Of a stretch of DNA of 64,000 nucleotides, positions 37,527 through 47,920 are shown piece by piece. Location of the stretch: NCBI GenBank assembly GCA_040754655.1, contig JBFMCE010000001.1:1-64000 (forward strand), in the 5' to 3' direction. This stretch comes from Bdellovibrionota bacterium. GTDB lineage: Bacteria > Bdellovibrionota > UBA1018 > UBA923. Every line of letters starts with the position of its first letter. The stretch's first letter is position 1. The notes beneath the pieces were generated by a model. The model was not told where the DNA came from and did no database searches. It saw only the letters and a list, made by a program, of their open reading frames with translations. The position numbers and the translations under genes are program-made.

Positions 37527-38411
37527 TCATCTCATGGAACCTCCCACCCGATCGCATTTTTTCCCAGGCCGAGAACAGAATGAGAGCTTGTCCCCCAATA
37601 ATGCTTTTAGCTTTCGAAGCTCGCTGGGATCGATCGGATTTTGATCCAGATTGATCCTCCGCAGGTTCGGAAGATCAGTGAGTATCTGCGCGGGGATGGT
37701 CTTCAGCAGGTTTTTCTCGAGATCCAATGTTAGAAGTGCCGTTAGTCCCACAAAGAGTTTATCAGGGAGCCTCTTAAGCTTATTTCTCGTCAGGAGGAGT
37801 TCTTTCAATCGAGGCAATCCCGTGAAGAATCCCTCAGGCAATCTCGATATTTCGTTCCCATACAGTGAAACTGTTGCAACGAAAGAAGTGTCCGGAAAAA
37901 GACGATGCGGAAGCAGGCCAATCCGATTGAGTTGCATCGCGAGCATCTCTAGCTTTGGCATGCCCGAGAACGCTCTCTCGGAAACCTTTCGAATATGGTT
38001 TCTTTCGAAGACCAGCCATTTCAGGTTTTCAAGTTTCGAGAACATGTCATCGGGGATGATGCTTAATTTACTGTCTTCAATAGTTAAGGTCTCGAGTTTG
38101 TCCAATCCCGAAAAGATCCCCGAAGGCAACCCACTTCCTGAACCAATGAGCCGTAAAAGCTTAACCTCCCTGAGTCCGTCAAAATCACCGGCTTTTAAGG
38201 GCGGCTCTGATGCTTTCCCGCCATAGATTTTGAGTCTTTCGATTTGCAGAAGATCTTTTTCTGTGATGGTTCCGCAGCCTCTACGGAAAAAAACTTCAAG
38301 GGCTTCTCTAACCAAAATTGTTCTGTCGCAAACAGACACAAAGGCTTGCGCTTCTGACATGAAGATCAAGATTTGGATGCAAATCAAAAGCATCGTTCGT
38401 GGTTTCAGCAT
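37527..38411 (-). CDS. Exported leucine-rich-repeat protein
   Basis: Signal peptide, Cys cap (VCDRT...C), about 8 repeats of 24 aa (LP...F.GL..L..L.L..N.L). Confidence 0.9.
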   Translation of the reverse strand: MLKPRTMLLICIQILIFMSEAQAFVSVCDRTILVREALEVFFRRGCGTITEKDLLQIERLKIYGGKASEPPLKAGDFDGLREVKLLRLIGSGSGLPSGIFSGLDKLETLTIEDSKLSIIPDDMFSKLENLKWLVFERNHIRKVSERAFSGMPKLEMLAMQLNRIGLLPHRLFPDTSFVATVSLYGNEISRLPEGFFTGLPRLKELLLTRNKLKRLPDKLFVGLTALLTLDLEKNLLKTIPAQILTDLPNLRRINLDQNPIDPSELRKLKALLGDKLSFCSRPGKKCDRVGGSMR

Positions 38412-38610
38412 GAAAAAGAAGTATCGGGCCAGTTTTGGATTGTAAACCTCTTTCCCCGGCCGAGGACCAGTTCTGGCTCCGCCAGGTCACTCTTCAAAAC
38501 TAACACGGTACGGCTCGGTAAGACTTTCAGCGAAACAATCACATTTTTATACGGCAAGTTATGGAATTTAACCAAGTGACCGATAAATACAACGACGACG
38601 AAGGCTCTGA

Positions 38611-40677
38611 ATGCGTTTAATCAAATGGCTTGCCCTTTTCTTATATCGTTCTTCGCGTGAGTTGGCTGCTGGCGAAAATCGTTCTGCCATAAGGGCGAAG
38701 TACATCGCTTATGGCGCGATTTTGCTCGGCACTTTCAGCCTATTCGCCATTCTTCTAGGCAATGAGGCCCTTAGGTGGAAGAACACATCCCCAGAGTTCG
38801 TTCTTGAGCCCAAGTCTTGGCGTTTCGTCATCGATGACGGACCGCTTTCTCAATCAAACCCGTCGATCTGCCAAACTGAAGCCTTCGTGAATTATGAATG
38901 CCCGGTGCATCCGCAGAATCCGAAGCTCTGGCAAAGCCCTTTGACCCGATTCGATGAAACTTATTACAAGCACTTCAGAAGTTTTTCTCAAAGTCGGTTC
39001 TGGATTGGTGCATCGATTGAGCCGCAAGTAGTAAAGCAGATTTCAGATGCGGGCGCAAATCACCTGATTTTAGGCTGGATCAAGGGTCATTATAAGCTTT
39101 GGATCGATGGCGAGTTCATTACTGAAGGCAGCAGGGAAGATCGCGAACCCATCGTGCTGGCGTTGCCTCGCGGGATGTTTGTTGAAACCAAACCGCTGCA
39201 GATCGCTTTGGAAGTCTTGCCTGAGAAGGGCGCCGCGTTTCCAGACATCCTGGCGCGTCCTTTGAAGGAAGGTTTTGGCGTGAAAGCTCAGGCGCGCGCC
39301 TATAAAAGCATTTCAAGTTTTTGGAAAAAATCGCGTCCATTCGCTCTTTTCTTCATGAACCTCTTGTTCTCGTTCTTATTCTTCCTTCTCTGGCATTCTG
39401 AACGCGAGAAGCAAGAATATTTCTACATCTCAAGCTATGCTTTGATGAGCGCTGTTTTTCAGCTGCGGTTGACCGATCTTTTCTTGAGCGCATTCGATCC
39501 GAACGTGAATTATTCGCTCGATATCTTATTGCGTTTTTCGGAAGGCAGTTTGGGTTTGTTCCTGGGACTCGCTTTTGCACGCAGCCGCAGGGAGTTTTTT
39601 CAATGGGGCATCTCGCTTTGCGTGATCCTGCCCAGCATCGTGGCGTTCAGCCTTTCTGACGGTCCGTCAAAGTACCGGTTCAATGATTTCTTGGATCAAT
39701 GGCTGGTGCCGGTATTTTACTTGTTGGGCGCAGCTGCTTGCGCGTTGCAAGCGGTTCTCTTGTTTTCATACCGAAATAAGAAGCAAGCGGTTCCGGTGAG
39801 AATGAAGCGATTGATTTACTTTAGCATTGGGCTTGGGGGCGTGGCATTGACCTATATTCTTCAATCGCATCACTTGGTCTCGTTCGTTCACAGGATGTTT
39901 CTTTCAAGGTTCGCTCATTTCGGGCTTGTTCTTTTTCTTGGCGTGATAGCGCTTTTTGAATATCGCGAGCAGAAGAAGCTCCTCAAGAAAACCCCGCTTT
40001 CTCAGTATCACCAAAGGCCCGTGCTCCCAGAGAAGCTGTTTGGCGTCATTCTTTGTGTCGACATCAAACGTTCAGAGCTTCTTTTTTCGCGTTTTGCCCG
40101 GCAGTCAAACCCTGCGCGTTTGATGGAAGCTTGCCTTTCCCATCTTTGGTCATCGGCAGCAGAAAAAGGCGCGGTGATTCTGCAAACCGAGGGCGATCAA
40201 ATCAAGCTATTCTTTGACTCAGCGAACTGCGCTGATCCCGTTGAGGCGGCGCTGGAAGCCACCGATCTTATGATGAAGCGCCTTGGCGTTTTGCATGGGC
40301 AGTTTGTGGCGCAAAACTGGATTTCTGTTCAATGCGAGCGCATTGAATTCAGGGCCGCCATCAGTTCTGGCGCGATCAAACCTGTCTGGCAAGAGGTGGG
40401 GGGCACGCGACTTGGCGCTTGGGCTGAAGTAGATGAGTCGCGCCCTTTTATCGAGAATGCTCGATTGATCGAGATTGAGCGCGCGTTGAACCATGATGAG
40501 AGCATTGTTTTAATCCCCGAAGAATTGGCAAAACAAGTAGCCGGATCGTCGAAACCGAAATTCAGAGATCGGTTTTTATTTCGGGCTCAAAATCATGCCG
40601 CTAAACACGGGCAAATATACTGCGTGAGCGCTTTTGTGCCGCGTGCAGAATCGACGGGCGCCGCCCTAGCCGCCTAA
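38611..40677 (+). CDS. 7TM (DISM-like) membrane protein with class III nucleotidyl-cyclase-like domain
   Basis: TM, extracytoplasmic beta-rich domain, about 7 TM helices, then LCVDIKRS and QTEGDQ cyclase-like metal motifs. Confidence 0.65.
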   Translation: MRLIKWLALFLYRSSRELAAGENRSAIRAKYIAYGAILLGTFSLFAILLGNEALRWKNTSPEFVLEPKSWRFVIDDGPLSQSNPSICQTEAFVNYECPVHPQNPKLWQSPLTRFDETYYKHFRSFSQSRFWIGASIEPQVVKQISDAGANHLILGWIKGHYKLWIDGEFITEGSREDREPIVLALPRGMFVETKPLQIALEVLPEKGAAFPDILARPLKEGFGVKAQARAYKSISSFWKKSRPFALFFMNLLFSFLFFLLWHSEREKQEYFYISSYALMSAVFQLRLTDLFLSAFDPNVNYSLDILLRFSEGSLGLFLGLAFARSRREFFQWGISLCVILPSIVAFSLSDGPSKYRFNDFLDQWLVPVFYLLGAAACALQAVLLFSYRNKKQAVPVRMKRLIYFSIGLGGVALTYILQSHHLVSFVHRMFLSRFAHFGLVLFLGVIALFEYREQKKLLKKTPLSQYHQRPVLPEKLFGVILCVDIKRSELLFSRFARQSNPARLMEACLSHLWSSAAEKGAVILQTEGDQIKLFFDSANCADPVEAALEATDLMMKRLGVLHGQFVAQNWISVQCERIEFRAAISSGAIKPVWQEVGGTRLGAWAEVDESRPFIENARLIEIERALNHDESIVLIPEELAKQVAGSSKPKFRDRFLFRAQNHAAKHGQIYCVSAFVPRAESTGAALAA

Positions 40678-40691
40678 AAAAGCTTGCCTCA

Positions 40692-41969
40692 TCAAGGAAC
40701 AGTCGCAACACACCTGAAACCAAGGTCGTTGAGTGAGAAGTTCGACTGCACCCAGAGCGAAGCCGTGAAAACCCCAGCGTTTGCGGTACCGTATTGCCAG
40801 CTTCCGCTTCGCGAGAGAGCTCCGCCTGTGCCGCCAAAGATCGTGCCCATACCGTTATTGCTGTCATAGTACGTAAGCGTTGAAGAATCAGCAAGCGGTC
40901 CAAAGAGCAGGCGGTTCGCGGTGTGGGTGAAATCGAAGTAGGTGGTGTCTGAGTATTCTCTCCACGCATTTCCACCCAAGGCGGGATTCAGCGTTGATCC
41001 ATCGATGCTGTTTGAGGTCCATTCCCAAACGTTTCCAGCCAAGTCCCAAATCTCTTCATTGTTGCTTAGGGTGTGGGTTCTGCGTTGTTCCCATCCTCCG
41101 CCAGGGGCTTGAACTGCGGCATTGCCGGTTTGATCATAAGGGTCGTTTAAGTCCGAGATTGAAACGCTTGCGGCAGGGCTGCCATCAGAGTTTCCCTGGG
41201 CCAGGCGACCTGAACCTACTGCAAGACCGCTCCAGTTTGCGGCAACGCTTTCAACGTTTCTTGCCACCGTTTGCCACTGGTCGTTCGTAGGCAAAGCCCA
41301 ACCGCGCTCCGTGCATTCATTTGAAGCTTGTGCCCGGGTGACGAACCTCCACGGAGGCCCATCGGTGCGCACTTCCGCCCTGTAGTCTGCGAAATTGCCG
41401 CCAGTGATATCTCCGTCGGCATCTACAGTTCCTGAAGAAATGAGAACGGCCTTCATTTCAAACTTCGCCAAGCAAAAATCCGCTGTGGAATAAGTCACGC
41501 TTCCGGGAACAGCGACGAAGTTCGTGGGACACGAGAGAGCGATCGTATCCGAACCGCTCGAGGAAACCGTTCCGCCAGCGTCACGAACCCAAACGTAAAC
41601 AGTCTTACTGCCAAGCCCGCTTGCGAGCGTGTGGGCGTTGGGAGAGGTGATATCGGCATCCCAAACGCAGCTCGCCACGGTAGTGTCATTTCGAATGCAA
41701 ATTTCAACAGGTGTCCCTGTCGTCGTAAAGGCGACGGAAACCGAAGTGGTTGTTGTTGAAGCAGCTCCGGCATCAATTGAAACAGAAGCTACCGTTGGGC
41801 CTGATGAGCCACTTCCGCCAGATGATCCTGATGAGCCCGATGAAGAATCTCCGCCACCACCGCCGCCGCCCCCGCCAGCAGATGCAGCTTTCTTCCCCAC
41901 AGCGCCGCAGCCAGACAACATAAGTATGCCTAGAACAAAACAAACGAGCTTAGAAACTTTTCGAAACAT
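40692..41969 (-). CDS. Lipoprotein with Ig-like and FGE-sulfatase/C-type-lectin-fold domains
   Basis: LMLSG-C lipobox, Gly/Ser linker, LPTNDQW, DLAGNVWEW, terminal GFRC. Confidence 0.85.
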   Translation of the reverse strand: MFRKVSKLVCFVLGILMLSGCGAVGKKAASAGGGGGGGGGDSSSGSSGSSGGSGSSGPTVASVSIDAGAASTTTTSVSVAFTTTGTPVEICIRNDTTVASCVWDADITSPNAHTLASGLGSKTVYVWVRDAGGTVSSSGSDTIALSCPTNFVAVPGSVTYSTADFCLAKFEMKAVLISSGTVDADGDITGGNFADYRAEVRTDGPPWRFVTRAQASNECTERGWALPTNDQWQTVARNVESVAANWSGLAVGSGRLAQGNSDGSPAASVSISDLNDPYDQTGNAAVQAPGGGWEQRRTHTLSNNEEIWDLAGNVWEWTSNSIDGSTLNPALGGNAWREYSDTTYFDFTHTANRLLFGPLADSSTLTYYDSNNGMGTIFGGTGGALSRSGSWQYGTANAGVFTASLWVQSNFSLNDLGFRCVATVP

Positions 41970-42091
41970 AATTCACAATCCCTTAACGAAATTGTCTCAC
42001 ATTTCGATCTTTAGTTTACCAAATTAGTTTATTATTTTTATGTAATAAAATCAGCAACTTAAGATGTGCTGTTATGGTTTTTTAACAGTGA

Positions 42092-42946
42092 TTACGGCTT
42101 AGGACGGGTACAAGAGGCCATCAAGATGTTTTGTAGGGCCATACTCTTTTCGGCAAGAACCTTACTGCTTTCCTTAACCTGGTCCGGGTACCTCTTTGTG
42201 AGGAGCACTGAAAAACCAAACAGTTTTGCGCCAACAGGGGCATAGTGAACGGTAGAGGCTGCGACTTGCTGGGGATCTGGATTGCCCTCTTGAGTATGCG
42301 CATCGGCCAGAGAAAGGCTGATCAACGACCACTTTTGATCACGCACCGTCACCGTAACTTTCGCCGTGAATTCACTTTGAATTCCGTGCTTTTGCAGCAG
42401 AGGATCGATTCTATCGATCGCTTTCCAGTACATAGACCAGGGGGATGCGGCAATAGAAACCCCGTGCTCATTGCTGACTATCGCGCCGAAAGTGCGTCCG
42501 TCAGAGCCCAGAGGGTACTTTGCAGAAAGGTCGACAAAAAACGGAGCTTCCTTAAGATAGAGCTCTCCGAACTCAAGTACATGTATTTCGCTACCCGGCT
42601 TCCAGTTTTCTTGAACAACGTAACCCTTGCCGATGAGCCGCTCGGGAGCTTTGCCATAAGTGGTGGTTTTGCCCTCTTTGAGTCCTTCCCCAGAGTACAA
42701 GCCCATAACCATGTTCCAAGCGGCTTCATGATCTTCGGGCAATTTGATCGTGACCTCTCGCAGTGGAACTTGAGTTCTTACAGTCAACGTACACTGCAAA
42801 TCGTTCGGCAGAACAGGAACGGCAAGAACCGGGCCTTGTGGTTTTTGCGGGAGCTGTTGTGGATCAGCCTCATTTGCAAATGACATCGAGCCCAAAAAAC
42901 CACAGACGATTGTATACAAGAAAAGACGAATTGCGATCATGACCAC
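42092..42946 (-). CDS. Exported hypothetical protein
   Basis: AAGGAG RBS, signal peptide (..SMSFA), paired Cys near both termini. Confidence 0.65.
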   Translation of the reverse strand: MVMIAIRLFLYTIVCGFLGSMSFANEADPQQLPQKPQGPVLAVPVLPNDLQCTLTVRTQVPLREVTIKLPEDHEAAWNMVMGLYSGEGLKEGKTTTYGKAPERLIGKGYVVQENWKPGSEIHVLEFGELYLKEAPFFVDLSAKYPLGSDGRTFGAIVSNEHGVSIAASPWSMYWKAIDRIDPLLQKHGIQSEFTAKVTVTVRDQKWSLISLSLADAHTQEGNPDPQQVAASTVHYAPVGAKLFGFSVLLTKRYPDQVKESSKVLAEKSMALQNILMASCTRPKP

Positions 42947-43047
42947 TCCTTAAGCGTTTGATCTAAAACACCTAGCCTGTGCATTTTATGTTGTCAGCAT
43001 CGAAGTAGAGTCATTAATTGAGATTGAATTGGAGATGTCGCGATGCG

Positions 43048-43854
43048 CTATGGGATGGTTTTTAGCCAAGTATTCCCTAGTTTTTCAACTTCCAGGTCAA
43101 TCTGACTTCCGGGCTCAAGCGCTATCGCTGCCGTAGCAGCGCCGGTCAACACGATGCTTCCGGCTTTGAGTGAGAGCCCCCGCGAATCCAAAAGTGAGCA
43201 TAACTCAACAAGCGAGTAGACCGGATTGCCTGATACCGCGCTCGAAACCGCAGATTCCACCACTTTGCCATTCACTTGCATCGTCAGTTCAAGCCTAGCG
43301 AGATCATCCACCTGAAACTCTCGCGCGGAAAACTTTCGCTGGCCCAAAACAAACTTTGATGAAGAGCAGTTGTCGGCAACGACGTCGGGCAACGAGAAGT
43401 ATTTGAAGTTGAGAAACCGCGAATCCAAGATTTCCAGCGCTGGGCAAACCCAAGCGCATGCCGCGAGCGCTTGTTCTGGAGTCACCTTTCCAGAGAGCTC
43501 TTTTTCAATGATGAAGGCAATTTCAGGTTCGATCTTCGGGTGGATGCTGCCCGTGAGCGAAAAGTTTTGTCGCTCTGATAATTGCATCTTATCGGTGAGG
43601 ATGCCGTAAATGGGCGCATCAAGGTTCATTTGCTTGCGCTTCGCTTCAGAAGTGAGCCCCATCTTGTAGCCTACCTCGCGTTCGCCTCGGATGCGCCGAA
43701 ACCGGATGCCTTCGTCTTGAATGAGGTAGGCATCAGACAAACTTAGATCGGCGAACGTTGCTGTGAGTCTTTCAATCTCATAAGCTTGTACTAATGCGTC
43801 ATCAACTACTCTGGCGAGCTTTTGGATTTCTTGAACCTTCAATGGCATAGTCAA
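43048..43854 (-). CDS. FAH-family 4-oxalocrotonate decarboxylase / 2-keto-4-pentenoate hydratase
   Basis: AY.IQ, GYKMGLTS, PKIEPEIAF, EILDSR, DVVADN; divergent from the kyn operon. Confidence 0.88.
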   Translation of the reverse strand: MTMPLKVQEIQKLARVVDDALVQAYEIERLTATFADLSLSDAYLIQDEGIRFRRIRGEREVGYKMGLTSEAKRKQMNLDAPIYGILTDKMQLSERQNFSLTGSIHPKIEPEIAFIIEKELSGKVTPEQALAACAWVCPALEILDSRFLNFKYFSLPDVVADNCSSSKFVLGQRKFSAREFQVDDLARLELTMQVNGKVVESAVSSAVSGNPVYSLVELCSLLDSRGLSLKAGSIVLTGAATAAIALEPGSQIDLEVEKLGNTWLKTIP

Positions 43855-43923
43855 AAACTCTTATATTGAAGCAAACACCAATTGGGAACTAGATTCTCAA
43901 TAGAAACTGTGTTGAATAAAGCC

Positions 43924-44583
43924 ATGACCGATAAATCAGCCGTTAAACTCAAGGAAGGCATCGCTTACTACGATATTTCTCCTGAGATCACGGAAAACAC
44001 CGCCGTATTTCCCGGCGATGTAGCCTATTCGCGCAGGGTGTCGCTTGATTTCGAAAAAGGTGACGCGCTTTTGCTCTCTTCGGTGGAATCGACTCTTCAT
44101 CTCGGGGCTCATGTTGATTCCCCAGGCCACTACAATCGGGCAGGCGCCGGCATTGAAGCGCGAAACTTGAACTATTACATGGGGCCTTGTCAGGTCATCA
44201 CAGTCGATCTTCCCCGGGGCGAGCGCGTCTATCCCAAAGACATTTCATCCCAAGCGATCGAAACCCAGAGAGTTTTGTTTCGGACGCGATCTTTTCCGAA
44301 TCCAAATTCGTGGAATGGCGATTTCAATTCCCTTTCAGCGCAACTTGTCGACGATCTCGCCTCGAAAGGCGTGGTTTTAGTGGGAATAGACACGCCCTCG
44401 ATCGATCCTGCCGAAGACAAGGCGCTTGAAGCGCATCAGGCCGTGTATAAAAACAATTTAGCAGTGCTGGAAGGCATTGTCTTGGACGCGGTTCCCGACG
44501 GCGTTTACAAACTCATCGCTCTGCCTCTTCGGTTGAAAGGAGCGGATGCATCGCCTGTGAGGGCAATTTTATGCAAAGAATAA
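43924..44583 (+). CDS. kynB: Kynurenine formamidase (cyclase family)
   Basis: [34 protein letters not shown]. Confidence 0.9.
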   Translation: MTDKSAVKLKEGIAYYDISPEITENTAVFPGDVAYSRRVSLDFEKGDALLLSSVESTLHLGAHVDSPGHYNRAGAGIEARNLNYYMGPCQVITVDLPRGERVYPKDISSQAIETQRVLFRTRSFPNPNSWNGDFNSLSAQLVDDLASKGVVLVGIDTPSIDPAEDKALEAHQAVYKNNLAVLEGIVLDAVPDGVYKLIALPLRLKGADASPVRAILCKE

Positions 44584-46013
44584 AAAACTACATCGGTGGA
44601 GAATGGAGCGAGGCCGCAGGTGGCGGTCAACTTGAGAATTGGAACCCCGCTCGCGGCGAAGTGTATTCTACCCTTCCGGATTCTTCTGAAAGCGATGTTG
44701 AGCACGCGGTGCAAGCGGCAAAACAAGCCCTTCCCGAATGGTCTGGACGTTCGATACGCGAGCGCGCGCAGTTCTTAAAAAAGCTTGCAGCGGGCGTTGA
44801 TGCTCATAAAGAAGAGCTAGCGCGAGCAGAGAGCATCGATACCGGCAAGCCTTTTCATGTGGCATCAGCGGTCGATATTCCGAGAAGCGCGTTGAACTTT
44901 GAGTTTTTTGCCGAAGCAATTGCCCAGTTTTCAACAGAGTTTCATCAAACTGATGCGGCGACGCTGAATTACACACTGCGATCTCCTTGGGGAGTCGTGG
45001 GATGCATCACTCCTTGGAACCTTCCGCTCTATCTTTTGACGTGGAAGATCGCTCCGGCGTTGGCGGCCGGGAATTGCGTGGTCGCCAAACCCTCTGAGGT
45101 CACGCCGATGACGGCTCAGATGCTCAGTGAAATCTGTCATGAAGCGGGTCTACCCCGCGGAGTCCTCAATATCGTGCATGGTTCAGGTTCAAAGGTCGGG
45201 GCAGCGATCGCGCGGCACCCTGAAGTTTCGGTCGTATCATTCACGGGTAGCACCAAGACGGGCGGTGAGATCGCGAAAGAGGCGGCTCCTTACTTTAAAA
45301 AGCTCTCTTTAGAGATGGGAGGCAAGAATCCGAATATTGTCTTTGCCGACTGCGATTTTGAACTCGCGCTTAAAGAGACCCTGCGCGCCGCTTTTTCAAA
45401 CCAAGGTCAAATCTGCCTTTGCGGTTCGCGCATTTTCATTGAGGCATCGATTTATGAGAAGTTCAAGACCGCTCTCATTGAACGCACCCGCGCGATGAAG
45501 GTGGGTGATCCATTCAATCCCGCAAACGATCAAGGCTCTTTGGTTTCAAAGTTGCATTACGAAAAAGTATTGGGTGCGATAAAAACGGCAAAAAAAGAAG
45601 GCGGACGCATCCTTATAGGAGGCAATCCGGCGCGGGTCGAAGGAGCAAATGCCAAAGGCTGGTTCATTGAACCTACTTTGATTGAAGGGCTGGGTTCTCA
45701 GTGCCAAACCAATCAAGAAGAGATTTTTGGGCCGGTCGCCACGCTTGTTCCTTTCGAGCGTGAAAGAGATGTCCTCGCATGGGCCAATGATACAAGGTAT
45801 GGCCTTGCGGCAAGTGTTTTCACCCGTGATCTTGGCAGGGCTCACCGATTCGCCGCCGGCTTGAGGGCGGGCGTGGTGTGGATCAATTGCTGGATGTTGC
45901 GGGACTTGCGCACCCCGTTTGGAGGGATGAAAGACTCGGGCGTGGGAAGGGAAGGCGGTTTCGAGGCGTTGCGTTTCTTCACGGAGGCAAAAAATGTATG
46001 TCTGAAGATCTGA
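44571..46013 (+). CDS. 2-aminomuconate/2-hydroxymuconate semialdehyde dehydrogenase
   Basis: DIPR...[47 protein letters not shown]. Confidence 0.9.
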   Translation: MQRIKNYIGGEWSEAAGGGQLENWNPARGEVYSTLPDSSESDVEHAVQAAKQALPEWSGRSIRERAQFLKKLAAGVDAHKEELARAESIDTGKPFHVASAVDIPRSALNFEFFAEAIAQFSTEFHQTDAATLNYTLRSPWGVVGCITPWNLPLYLLTWKIAPALAAGNCVVAKPSEVTPMTAQMLSEICHEAGLPRGVLNIVHGSGSKVGAAIARHPEVSVVSFTGSTKTGGEIAKEAAPYFKKLSLEMGGKNPNIVFADCDFELALKETLRAAFSNQGQICLCGSRIFIEASIYEKFKTALIERTRAMKVGDPFNPANDQGSLVSKLHYEKVLGAIKTAKKEGGRILIGGNPARVEGANAKGWFIEPTLIEGLGSQCQTNQEEIFGPVATLVPFERERDVLAWANDTRYGLAASVFTRDLGRAHRFAAGLRAGVVWINCWMLRDLRTPFGGMKDSGVGREGGFEALRFFTEAKNVCLKI

Positions 46014-46429
46014 ACGAGAAACGGAAGATATATTCCGAACGTGCTCCAGAGCCCGTGGGGCTTTACCCTCACGCAAGAAAAGTGGGAAGCCTGCTTTTTC
46101 TTTCAGGCGTCGGGCCTCGAGAGCGCGGCTCAAAAAAAATCCCGGGCGTTGAGCTTGGTGCCGACGGCGAGATCATTTCTTATGACATTGAAATTCAGTG
46201 CCATTCGGTTTTTAAGAATGTGAAAAACATTCTCGAAGAAGCGGGCTCAGATTGGAGCAAGCTTGTTGATGTGACTGTTTTCTTGACGGATATGAAAAAA
46301 GACTTTGCGGCCTATAACCGTATTTACGCCGAGTATTTCAGGGAAAACCAGCCTTGTCGCACTACGATTGAAATCAAAAGCCTTCCTACCCCGATCGCAA
46401 TTGAATTGAAGTGCATCGCAACCGTATGA
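45998..46429 (+). CDS. RidA-family 2-aminomuconate deaminase
   Basis: AP.PVG.YPHAR, LSGVGPR, PCRTT.E...[10 protein letters not shown]; operon context. Confidence 0.85.
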   Translation: MSEDLNEKRKIYSERAPEPVGLYPHARKVGSLLFLSGVGPRERGSKKIPGVELGADGEIISYDIEIQCHSVFKNVKNILEEAGSDWSKLVDVTVFLTDMKKDFAAYNRIYAEYFRENQPCRTTIEIKSLPTPIAIELKCIATV

Positions 46430-46929
46430 AACCGATTAATTTCAAGAAATGGATTGATGAGAACCGCCATCTGCTCAAGCCTCCCGTAGGGAACAAGCAG
46501 ATTTGGGAAGACCGGGAATTCATGGTGACGGTCGTTGGCGGACCTAATTCAAGAACTGACTACCACATCAACGAGGGAGAAGAATTCTTCTACCAACTCG
46601 AAGGGGATATCGTCTTGAAAGTACTCGAAGATGGAAAACCATGTGACATCCCCATTCAAGAAGGCGAGATCTTTCTTTTGCCTCCCCGGGTGCCTCATTC
46701 GCCCCAACGTCCGGCGAACACCGTGGGGCTTGTTCTAGAGCGCAAACGCCTTGCGCATGAGAAAGACGGTTTTCTTTGGGTCTGTAAGAATTGCGGTCAG
46801 AAGCTTTATGAGGAGTACTTTCATCTCACCGACATCGTGAGTCAGCTGCCTCCGGTGTTTGAGCGCTTTTACGGGCGCGCTCAGAACACGACCTGTCGAA
46901 ACTGCGGAACTTCGCATGCAAAAAATTGA
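46426..46929 (+). CDS. nbaC: 3-hydroxyanthranilate 3,4-dioxygenase
   Basis: LKPPVGNK, GGPN.R.DYH..EGEEFFYQ, PHSPQR, two CxxC motifs. Confidence 0.96.
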   Translation: MKPINFKKWIDENRHLLKPPVGNKQIWEDREFMVTVVGGPNSRTDYHINEGEEFFYQLEGDIVLKVLEDGKPCDIPIQEGEIFLLPPRVPHSPQRPANTVGLVLERKRLAHEKDGFLWVCKNCGQKLYEEYFHLTDIVSQLPPVFERFYGRAQNTTCRNCGTSHAKN

Positions 46930-47920
46930 TATCCACACGCACATCCTTCCGAAAAATCTGCCTCGGCTCAAAGAAAAATACGGCTACGGCGGGTTCATCC
47001 AGCTTGATCACCACAAGCCATGCGGAGCCCGGATGTTGCGCGATGACGGAAAATTCTTCCGAGAAATCGAGAGCAATTGCTGGGATGCAGGGCGCCGCGT
47101 CTTAGAGTGCGATCAAGCAGGTATCGGTCGACAAGTGCTCTCAACGGTTCCCGTGATGTTCAGCTATTGGGCTAAGCCCGCAGATGCCGCAGATCTCTCA
47201 AAATTCTTGAATGACCACATCGCGGAAGTCGTGGGTGAGCATCCGACGCGCTTTTCAGGGCTAGCTACGTTGCCCTTGCAGGCGCCCAAGTTGGCTGTCA
47301 AAGAGCTTGAGCGGTGCAAAAGGAGTTTGGGCCTTTCGGGCATCCAGATCGGCACCCATGTCAATGATTGGAACTTAAACGAGCCAGCGCTCTTTGAGGT
47401 GTTCGAGGCGGCGCAAGAGTTGGGGGCCGCGATTTTCATTCACCCGTGGGACATGATGGGCGAGAGCCGAATGCCAAAGTATTGGCTTCCTTGGCTGGTC
47501 GGGATGCCAGCCGAGGTGTCGCTTGCGATCTGTTCGATGATTTTTGGAGGGGTTTTTGAACGGCTTCCGCGATTGAGGGTGGCGTTCGCCCATGGCGGCG
47601 GCGCATTTGGGCCAACGCTTGGGCGCATCGAGCATGGGTTTCACGCACGGCCAGACTTGTGCGCTGTGGATAATTCTGTGAATCCCAAAAGCTATATTGG
47701 AAGATTTTACGTCGACTCGTTGGTGCACGATCCGAAAATGTTGAAATACCTCGTCGATCTCTTTGGAGAGACGAAAGTCGCATTGGGTTCGGATTACCCT
47801 TTTCCATTAGGCGAAAATACACCAGGCGCTTTGATCGAATCGATGCCTGAACTGAGCGATCAGGTGAAACGACGGCTCTTGTACCAGAACGCTAAAGAAT
47901 GGTTGGGACTCTCGATATGA
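46916..47920 (+). CDS. nbaD: 2-amino-3-carboxymuconate-6-semialdehyde decarboxylase (ACMSD)
   Basis: DIHTHI, STVPVMFSYW, HPWDM, WLVGMPAE, AHGGG, GSDYPFPLGE. Confidence 0.95.
   Translation: MQKIDIHTHILPKNLPRLKEKYGYGGFIQLDHHKPCGARMLRDDGKFFREIESNCWDAGRRVLECDQAGIGRQVLSTVPVMFSYWAKPADAADLSKFLNDHIAEVVGEHPTRFSGLATLPLQAPKLAVKELERCKRSLGLSGIQIGTHVNDWNLNEPALFEVFEAAQELGAAIFIHPWDMMGESRMPKYWLPWLVGMPAEVSLAICSMIFGGVFERLPRLRVAFAHGGGAFGPTLGRIEHGFHARPDLCAVDNSVNPKSYIGRFYVDSLVHDPKMLKYLVDLFGETKVALGSDYPFPLGENTPGALIESMPELSDQVKRRLLYQNAKEWLGLSI

Noticed and set aside
41790..41885. GC-rich triplet repeats
   Set aside because: They encode the Gly/Ser linker of the lipoprotein; not an independent repeat.
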